A DNA stretch of 64,000 nt from Candidatus Eiseniibacteriota bacterium (GTDB taxonomy: Bacteria > Eisenbacteria > RBG-16-71-46 > DASYSL01), in contig JBKJJJ010000127.1 in assembly GCA_046598045.1 (NCBI GenBank), forward strand, positions 9,419-73,418, written 5' to 3'. The notes beneath the pieces were generated by a model. It had not been told where the DNA came from, ran no database searches, and saw only the letters and a list, made by a program, of their open reading frames with translations. Position numbers and translations under genes: made by a program. Shown here one piece after another: positions 58,500 to 64,000 of this stretch; position 1 is the first letter of the stretch, and every line of letters begins with the position of its first letter.

Positions 58500-59183
58500 T
58501 CAGTCGTTCGGGGCGCGGCGCTCGAGCTGGCGCGAGCGCTCGAGCGCCCGGTCCCACTCCTCGGGCGTGTTGACGCCGGCCAGGCTCTCGAGTCCGCCGG
58601 GCCAGACGCCGTCCTTCTCGACCTCGAGATAGCGGATCCGCGGGCCCAGGTCCGTCAGGGCGCGCGCCGGGGAGCGCTCCCCGCGATTCCACGCCGCGCG
58701 CAGAACCGCCCCCGCATACACCGGCCGATAGGCCCCGATCAGCGGCTCGACGCCGCGCATGGTGCGGGGCACGACGGCCGCGGGCGGCACGACCGACAGC
58801 GTGGCGAGCGGCCCGTCCACCGGATCGAGCGCCAGTGCGAGCGCATCGAGATGGGCGTCCCCGATCAGCGGCAGGTCGGCCGGGATCACCCACGCCACGT
58901 CCGCGCGCGCGGTCGCCGCGCGCTCGAGCGCGGGCACGAGCCCGGCGAGCGGCCCGTCGCCGTTCGAGAGATCATCGACGCGCTCGAAGCGCGCGCCGTC
59001 CGGAGGCAGCGGAAACGCGTGCGGCACGGCAACGAAAATGCGCTCGGTGCGCACGCTCAGCAATTGGATCGCGCGTTCGAGCAGCGACATGCCGCCGAAC
59101 GTGCGCAACGCCTTGGGAGGGCCCGGGCCGAGCCGCATGCCCGAGCCACCGGCGAGGATGATGCCCGCGCGCACGAGGCTCAC
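58500..59183 (-). CDS. mobA: Molybdenum cofactor nucleotidyltransferase (MobA/MocA-like)
   Basis: The ORF-track frame 58500..59735 has a 184-aa Arg-rich N-terminal extension that overlaps the upstream gene. The real start is the GTG at 59183 (GTGA overlap), giving VSLVRAGIILAGGSGMRLGPGPPKALRTF..., the canonical MobA glycine-rich N-terminus. The neighbouring bis-MGD enzyme favours a guanylyltransferase (MobA) over a MocA assignment. Confidence 0.65.
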   Translation of the reverse strand: MSLVRAGIILAGGSGMRLGPGPPKALRTFGGMSLLERAIQLLSVRTERIFVAVPHAFPLPPDGARFERVDDLSNGDGPLAGLVPALERAATARADVAWVIPADLPLIGDAHLDALALALDPVDGPLATLSVVPPAAVVPRTMRGVEPLIGAYRPVYAGAVLRAAWNRGERSPARALTDLGPRIRYLEVEKDGVWPGGLESLAGVNTPEEWDRALERSRQLERRAPND

Positions 59184-59956
59184 GTGCGCACCCCGCGCCT
59201 TACGCTCGTCCACTCCTGGCGCCTCAAGTCGCCCCACAGCACCTCGCCCACGCCGCGCTCGACCAGTCCGAGCGCGAGGCGCTGCGCGACCGCCACCCGG
59301 ACCGGGCGGTCGGCCTGGTTGAGGAACACCGCATAGCGCCCGCCCGGCGGGACCGCCGCGCGGTAGCCGGCGGGGTCGGCGAGCGCCGCGTAATACGCGT
59401 CGTCCTCGATCCGCTCGCCCTCGGCGAGACCGAGGTGCGCGGCGAAGAGATCGTGGCGATGGACCGTGTCGGGGCCGAGCGGTGTTCCCCAGGCATCGAG
59501 CCCCGCGACCGCGACCACGAGCGAAGTGTCGAGCGGCACCGCCGGATCGCCCGCCACCGGCTCGGCCAGGGAGCGCCCGACCGAATCCCCGCACTTGATG
59601 AGCACCAGGTCCGCATTGCCCGCCCGCGCGAGCGCGTCGATCTCGTCGGGCCCGAGGGGATCGATCTGGCCGGGAGCCTCGGCCTTGCGACCGACCACCA
59701 GCAGTTCGCCGCCCAGAAAGCCCACCGGGGGCCACGCCGAGCGCGCGGCAGGCAGCAGCACCGTGCGCACCCCGGGGACGCCGCGCCCTTCATGGCGCGT
59801 GACGCGCGCAGTCGGGGCGAGCAGCGGCTTGCCGCCGGACTGCGCCCAGGCGAGGCCGAGCGTGGTGAGGAGGCTCATCTTGCCGCCACCACCGATCGCG
59901 GCAACGCGCGCTTCCCTCGGCACGGCGAGCAGTTCGGCAAGCGGTCGGGACGGCAT
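59180..59956 (-). CDS. YqeC-family P-loop protein (MobB-like accessory protein associated with molybdoenzyme maturation; annotated in other genomes as selenium-dependent hydroxylase accessory protein)
   Basis: The start is the ATG at 59956 (MPSRPLAELLAV...). RVAAIGGGGKMSLLTTLGLAWAQSGGKPLLAPTARV parallels the YqeC block VISFVGAGGKTTLMFALA...GKRVLVTTTTHI. DLVLIKCGDSVGRSL parallels the (W)ILVEADGSARKPL block. This is from remembered family features, not a search. Confidence 0.5.
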   Translation of the reverse strand: MPSRPLAELLAVPREARVAAIGGGGKMSLLTTLGLAWAQSGGKPLLAPTARVTRHEGRGVPGVRTVLLPAARSAWPPVGFLGGELLVVGRKAEAPGQIDPLGPDEIDALARAGNADLVLIKCGDSVGRSLAEPVAGDPAVPLDTSLVVAVAGLDAWGTPLGPDTVHRHDLFAAHLGLAEGERIEDDAYYAALADPAGYRAAVPPGGRYAVFLNQADRPVRVAVAQRLALGLVERGVGEVLWGDLRRQEWTSVRRGVRT

Positions 59957-60185
59957 GGCCGGATGGTCCCACGGTGGGTAGCTTTTTCCCAAGCGGCGAT
60001 TTGCAACCCCCCCCACCGGGGGGACTGACGAGCAACATGGACGGATTCTTGCCGGAAGTTTACAATTTTGCCCGTGCGGCCGCTCCGGACGCTACGGCCG
60101 ACACCACCCTGCCCGCGGACCCAGCGCGGCCGTGCCGCTCGCTCCGCGCGGGAGCGCCCGAACTCCCGCGCCTCCGGAGGTGGTC

Positions 60186-61571
60186 ATGCCTTCCCAACTC
60201 CATGGCGCCGCTGGCTTCCCCGCTGCTTGTGCTTTCGACGCTCATCGCGGGGCTCTCCACCCGGCCATGAGACGCCTCGTGGTCTCGCTTGCAGCGGGTT
60301 CGGCGCTCGCGATCGGGCTTCTCGTCGGGTTGCCCGGAACCTCCCGCGCGTCCGATTGCACGCGCGACACCACGGGCCTGGTCGCGCTCACCGACCTCGG
60401 TCCGGGGCTGTACCAGGGCCGCGTGGGAGGCCTGTATCCCGGCGGCGTCAACGGGCGGCCCGCCGCCCACGACATGGCCGGGATCGCGATCGCGCAGTCG
60501 ATCGTGCCGCTCGATACGCTGGGGAACTCCGACCCCGCCCAGGGAAGGATCGTCCTGATCTCGATCGGCATGAGCAACGCGACCCAGGAATTCCAGGCCT
60601 TCGTCCCGAAGGCGATGAGCGAACCCTCGCGCCACCCCCGCCTCGCGGTGATCGACTGCGCGCTGGGCGGCCAGTCGGCGGATCGCATTCGCGGGGCGAG
60701 CGCCGCCTACTGGGACTCGGTGGCGACACGTCTGCGGGGACATGGGTCCTCGCCCGCGCAGGCGCAGGTCGCGTGGATCAAGGAAGCCGACGCCGGGCCG
60801 ACCGGCGGCTTCCCGGCGGCCACGGACACGCTGCGGGACAACCTGGCAGCGGTCGTGCGCGTCCTGCAGCAGCGGTGCCCGAATCTCAAGCTGGTATTCC
60901 TCACCAGCCGCATCTATGCCGGCTACGCGACCACGAACCTCAATCCCGAGCCTTACGCCTACGAGTCGGGATTCGCGCTCAAGTGGTTGATCGAAGAACA
61001 ACTCGCCGGCGTCGACAGCCTCAATTTCGATCCCGCTGCGGGGCCGAAGGTCGCACCGTGGCTGGCGTGGGGGCCCTACCTGTGGGCGGACGGGACGCGC
61101 GGTCGTGCCGACGGATTGATCTGGCCCTGTTCCTGGTTCGCGGCGGACGGCACCCACCCGGGGACACTCGCGCGCAACGCTGTGGCCGACAGCCTGCTCG
61201 CGTTCTTCAAGCTCGACCCGGCTGCCACGCCCTGGTTTCTCGCCCCGGTCGTCGGCGTCCCCTCCGCGGGCTCCGCGCGCACATCCGGGCTGCGCATGAC
61301 GCTGGCTCCCGCCTCCAATCCGGCGCGAGGCCTGCTCGCCGTCGACGTCGAAGCCCCTGCCGGCCGTCCCTGGCGTGTCGAGTTGTTCGACGCGCGCGGC
61401 CGGCGCGTCGGCGAACTCGGCCGCGGAATCGGGCAGGCGAGCGGGCAGCGTGTCGCCACGCCACTGACCGCGTTGCGGACGGGGGGCGTCGCACCCGGTG
61501 CGTACCGACTGCGTCTCACGTGCGATGGCATGGCGACCAGCCGGGGCGTCGTGGTCATCGGCTCCCGCTAG
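60186..61571 (+). CDS. Secreted SGNH/GDSL-like hydrolase-fold protein with C-terminal T9SS-like sorting domain
   Basis: The start is placed at the ATG at 60186 behind GGAGG (5-nt spacer). The alternative ATG at 60267 has no SD. The N-terminus ...AMRRLVVSLAAGSALAIGLLVGLPGTSRA may be a Tat or Sec signal. ISIGMSNATQEF (block I, Ser nucleophile) and DGTHP (block V Asp-x-x-His) suggest an SGNH hydrolase. The C-terminal roughly 90 aa (LRMTLAPASNPARGLLAVDVEA...YRLRLTCDG...VVVIG) is CTD-like. Confidence 0.5.
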   Translation: MPSQLHGAAGFPAACAFDAHRGALHPAMRRLVVSLAAGSALAIGLLVGLPGTSRASDCTRDTTGLVALTDLGPGLYQGRVGGLYPGGVNGRPAAHDMAGIAIAQSIVPLDTLGNSDPAQGRIVLISIGMSNATQEFQAFVPKAMSEPSRHPRLAVIDCALGGQSADRIRGASAAYWDSVATRLRGHGSSPAQAQVAWIKEADAGPTGGFPAATDTLRDNLAAVVRVLQQRCPNLKLVFLTSRIYAGYATTNLNPEPYAYESGFALKWLIEEQLAGVDSLNFDPAAGPKVAPWLAWGPYLWADGTRGRADGLIWPCSWFAADGTHPGTLARNAVADSLLAFFKLDPAATPWFLAPVVGVPSAGSARTSGLRMTLAPASNPARGLLAVDVEAPAGRPWRVELFDARGRRVGELGRGIGQASGQRVATPLTALRTGGVAPGAYRLRLTCDGMATSRGVVVIGSR

Positions 61572-61720
61572 CTCCGCCGGAAACAACAGTCGCGCCGAGG
61601 GGCGGCGCGGACCTTCGCCGCGTCCCCCGCGGGCCAGGGCCGCCTTGCCTCGGACGCGGTTCTGGGGTAGTTTGGCGCGACATGTCGCGCCCCTGGCCCC
61701 ACATCCATCCTGAGGATTCC

Positions 61721-62812
61721 ATGTTTCCCATGCGGACCCGTGTTGGACTCGCGGGGGCCAAGGCCCCGGCTGCGCTCCTGCTGTGCACCATCGTCCTCGG
61801 ACTCGCCCTGGCGGCCTCCGCCAACGCGGGCCCGTGGACCCAGACGCGCAACGGATATTTCACGACCGCGCGCCTGTCCTGGCTCTCGACGTCCAAGTTC
61901 TACGATGCCGACGGCAACGTCGTGGATACGAGCACGCTCTTCAAGTACACGGCGCGCACGGTCCAGTTCGACACCGAGTACGGCGTGTCGAACCACCTGA
62001 CGTTCATGCTCGGCATGCCGGTGCAGTTCCTCGCCTACAAGCTCACCGCCGGGAACCCCGACAAGTTCAGCAACAACGGCTTCGGCGACCTCAACTTCGG
62101 GTTCAAGTACGGCTTGCTGAACCCGGCCGGCCGGGCCGCGGTCGCGCTCGAAATCGATGCCAATACGCCGACGGGCTACAACAGCCAGGGCCTTGGGCGG
62201 CCGCCCATGGGCCGCGGCAAGTTCAGCACGTTCGGCCGGCTGCACGCGGGCACGACGTTCGACCCGGCGCCCGTCTACGTGCAGGCCGAGGTCGGGTACC
62301 GCAGGTTCTTCGCCAAGAGGGACTCCACCCCGGCGATCACGGAGGCGAACGGCAAGGTTCGCGAGGTTCCGCCAGGACCCTACCCGCTCGTGTCGTCCGC
62401 CCTGGTCTATGGCGTGGAGGCGGGCGCGTTCGTCTCGCCGCGCATGCTGATCGTGGGTGAGTTTCACGCCGAGAAGAGCCTCGACTACACCAAGACCTAC
62501 TTCCAGGACCTGTCGGAGGCGGGCGCGCTCGTGCAGTACCGGCTCAAGCCGCACCTCGACGTCATGGCCGGCATGAGCACCTCGCTCAGCGGCAAGAACG
62601 CGACCAAGGGCACCCGGGTCCGCCTCGGCGTGACGCTCAAGGGCAACGGCCTCGGTCGCTACCGCGGCCAGACTGCTGCGGGCTACTCCGAAGGCGCGTT
62701 CCCGGGGGCTGCAAAGGCCATGGCCCCGGCGCCGGTCCCCGTGCCTGAGCCGGTATCGATCCCGACGCCCGCCGCCTCGGATTCATCGTCGACTCCGGAC
62801 CAGCCGAAGTAG
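61721..62812 (+). CDS. Putative outer-membrane beta-barrel (porin-like) protein with signal peptide
   Basis: This is the C-terminal part of ORF-track frame 60068..62812; the upstream part of that frame is Arg-rich shadow. The start is the ATG at 61721 (MFPMRTRVGLAGAKAPAALLLCTIVLGLALAASANA). The mature part has alternating hydrophobic/aromatic beta-strand periodicity and a Pro/Ser-rich C-terminal tail. Confidence 0.45.
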   Translation: MFPMRTRVGLAGAKAPAALLLCTIVLGLALAASANAGPWTQTRNGYFTTARLSWLSTSKFYDADGNVVDTSTLFKYTARTVQFDTEYGVSNHLTFMLGMPVQFLAYKLTAGNPDKFSNNGFGDLNFGFKYGLLNPAGRAAVALEIDANTPTGYNSQGLGRPPMGRGKFSTFGRLHAGTTFDPAPVYVQAEVGYRRFFAKRDSTPAITEANGKVREVPPGPYPLVSSALVYGVEAGAFVSPRMLIVGEFHAEKSLDYTKTYFQDLSEAGALVQYRLKPHLDVMAGMSTSLSGKNATKGTRVRLGVTLKGNGLGRYRGQTAAGYSEGAFPGAAKAMAPAPVPVPEPVSIPTPAASDSSSTPDQPK

Positions 62813-62873
62813 TCCCAACTCCCTACGGCCCGGAGCCCGCGCACCTCCGCCGTCCGGGCGCGAGGATGACCGA

Positions 62874-64000
62874 CTGAAGACGCTTCGGGGACTGCTCCCC
62901 TACCTCGCCCGCTATCGCGCCCGCTTCGCGGCGGGCGTGGTCTTCCTCCTGCTCACCAACGTGGTGGCCCTCGCCGCGCCCTGGATTCTCAAGCACGTGG
63001 TCGACGGACTCTCCGTGTCGGTCACGGCCGGGCGCCTCGGGCAGTACGCGGTCTGGATCGTCGCGATCGCGCTGGTCGGCGGGATCTTCCGCTACTTCAT
63101 GCGCGAGATCCTGATCGGCGTCTCGCGCCACGTCGAATACGACCTGCGCAACGACCTGTTCGCCCACCTCCAGCGCCAGCCGCAGTCGTTCTATCACTCG
63201 CAGCAGACCGGCGAGCTGATGTCGCGCGCCACCAGTGACATGAACGCCGTGCGCATGGTCCTGGGCCCCGGCATCATGCAGGGCCTCAACACGGTGGTGG
63301 TCGCGGTGGTCGCGATCGGGGTCATGATCTACATCTCCCCGCTGCTCACGCTGTTCGCGCTCCTGCCCATGCCCCTGCTCTCGTTCTCGGTCGCGTTCTT
63401 CGGCCAGCGCATCCACAAGGGCTTCGAGGAAGTGCAGGCGCACTTCGCGAAGATCTCGGCCATGTGCCAGGAGAACCTCTCCGGCGTGCGCGTGGTTCGC
63501 GCCTACGCGCAGGAGGAGAACCAGATCGCGCAGTTCTCCCTGCTCAACAAGGATTACGTGCGGAAGAACAGCTCGCTCATCCGCCTGTTCAGCTTCTTCT
63601 ACCCCGCGATGGGTTTCCTCGCCGGGCTCGGGCCGGTGATCGTGCTCGGGCTCGGCGGCTGGCTCGTGATCAAGAAACAGATCTCGCTCGGCGAGTTCGT
63701 GGCGTTCGGCGGCTACCTCTCGATGCTGACGTGGCCGATGATCGCGTTCGGCTGGGTGGTGAACCTGTTCCAGCGCGGCGCGGCCTCGTGGTCGCGCCTG
63801 CGGGCGATCCTCGAGACCCCGCCCGCGATCCAGGACCTCGAGGGCGCGTCCGATCCGCCCCTGGCCGAGGGCGCGATCGAACTTCGCCACCTGTCGTTCA
63901 CCTATCCGGGGTCGTCGCGCGCCGCGCTCACCGACGTGTCGATCTTGATCCCCGCCGGGCGCACGGTCGCGCTCGTGGGGCCGACCGGCTCGGGCAAGAG
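62874..64000 (+). CDS. ABC transporter, fused permease plus ATP-binding protein (MsbA-like exporter), 3' partial (runs off window); start codon uncertain
   Basis: The frame reads ...RLKTLRGLLPYLARYRARFAAGVVFLLLTNVVALAAPWILK... with 6 TM segments, then ...LSFTYPGSSRAALTDVSILIPAGRTVALVGPTGSGK (Walker A) at the window edge. There is no in-frame ATG/GTG/TTG upstream of TM1. The candidate is a CTG at 62874 behind GAGGA (7-nt spacer). An ATG at 62866 is in the +1 frame and hits TGA after 3 codons. Confidence 0.65.
   Translation, partial: MKTLRGLLPYLARYRARFAAGVVFLLLTNVVALAAPWILKHVVDGLSVSVTAGRLGQYAVWIVAIALVGGIFRYFMREILIGVSRHVEYDLRNDLFAHLQRQPQSFYHSQQTGELMSRATSDMNAVRMVLGPGIMQGLNTVVVAVVAIGVMIYISPLLTLFALLPMPLLSFSVAFFGQRIHKGFEEVQAHFAKISAMCQENLSGVRVVRAYAQEENQIAQFSLLNKDYVRKNSSLIRLFSFFYPAMGFLAGLGPVIVLGLGGWLVIKKQISLGEFVAFGGYLSMLTWPMIAFGWVVNLFQRGAASWSRLRAILETPPAIQDLEGASDPPLAEGAIELRHLSFTYPGSSRAALTDVSILIPAGRTVALVGPTGSGK

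Noticed and set aside
59184-59735. The 184-aa N-terminal extension of the ORF-track frame for MobA (58500..59735). Similar extensions occur on 2257..3753, 3273..9149, 9244..11757, 11157..12422, 51609..53153, 54041..54586 and 60068..62812.
   Set aside because: The extensions are Arg-rich, lack signal peptides or domains, and overlap upstream genes. Internal starts (often GTG, TTG or ATG forming GTGA or ATGA overlaps, or behind good SD sequences) give proteins beginning at the expected family N-terminus or signal peptide.
1-64000. Looked for mobile elements: transposase, integrase, phage genes, flanking inverted or direct repeats, and GC-skewed islands.
   Set aside because: None was found. Apart from the 76-nt AT-rich patch at 36505..36580, composition is uniformly about 70% GC, and all genes have host-like codon usage.

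Overview
The window is very GC-rich (about 70%) chromosomal bacterial DNA with dense coding on both strands. I found no rRNA, tRNA, CRISPR array, transposase or integrase. At least eight secreted proteins end in a T9SS-type C-terminal sorting domain (motifs like GLYFVRL, GVYYVRL, GLYFYQL), and a PorV/PorQ-like outer-membrane barrel is present. My inference, not measured, is a non-Bacteroidetes T9SS-bearing lineage such as Gemmatimonadota.

Main blocks, by coordinate:
- 1..12209, minus strand: a LacI-regulated, translationally coupled locus resembling a polysaccharide utilization locus. It holds a LacI regulator, a CBM9-like secreted protein, a TonB-dependent receptor, a large FN3/TSP3 secreted protein, a PorV-like barrel, a DUF3131/GH144-like glycoside hydrolase and a partial GH94 phosphorylase. 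Consecutive genes overlap as GTGA or ATGA.
- 12283..15853: housekeeping genes (a hypothetical secreted protein, EtfAB, LysE).
- 15973..31639: a STAND-type regulator with inverted SARP architecture (P-loop NTPase, TPR, then winged helix and BTAD). It is translationally coupled to the first of three tandem T9SS-exported S8 subtilases, followed by an S41 peptidase.
- 31636..36414: a ThrE-family exporter preceded by a small leader-like ORF and terminator, a receiver-Hpt protein, a membrane protein, a LysM protein and a lipoprotein.
- 36804..46745: a giant 3313-aa surface protein (signal peptide, about 11 DUF11 repeats in an alternating A/B pattern, an SdrD-B/CnaB-like domain, a beta-barrel-like region, a C-terminal OmpA domain). 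An artefactual 10-kb stop-free antisense frame shadows it.
- 46826..48223: a thioredoxin-fold plus TPR gene whose only in-frame stop is a TGA exactly at the first Cys of W-C-x-x-C, a candidate selenocysteine codon.
- 48412..55793: a MATE exporter, a PA-domain zinc metalloprotease (T9SS cargo) coupled to a small His-Ala-Lys-repeat secreted protein, a GAF histidine kinase with a convergent CheY-like regulator, and LysA.
- 55847..64000: a lipoprotein with a cytochrome-c-like CX4CH motif, a bis-MGD molybdoenzyme with MobA-like and YqeC-family genes, an SGNH-like secreted hydrolase, a porin-like protein, and a partial ABC exporter with no canonical in-frame start.

Most other long ORFs in the six-frame track are high-GC shadow frames and were rejected.
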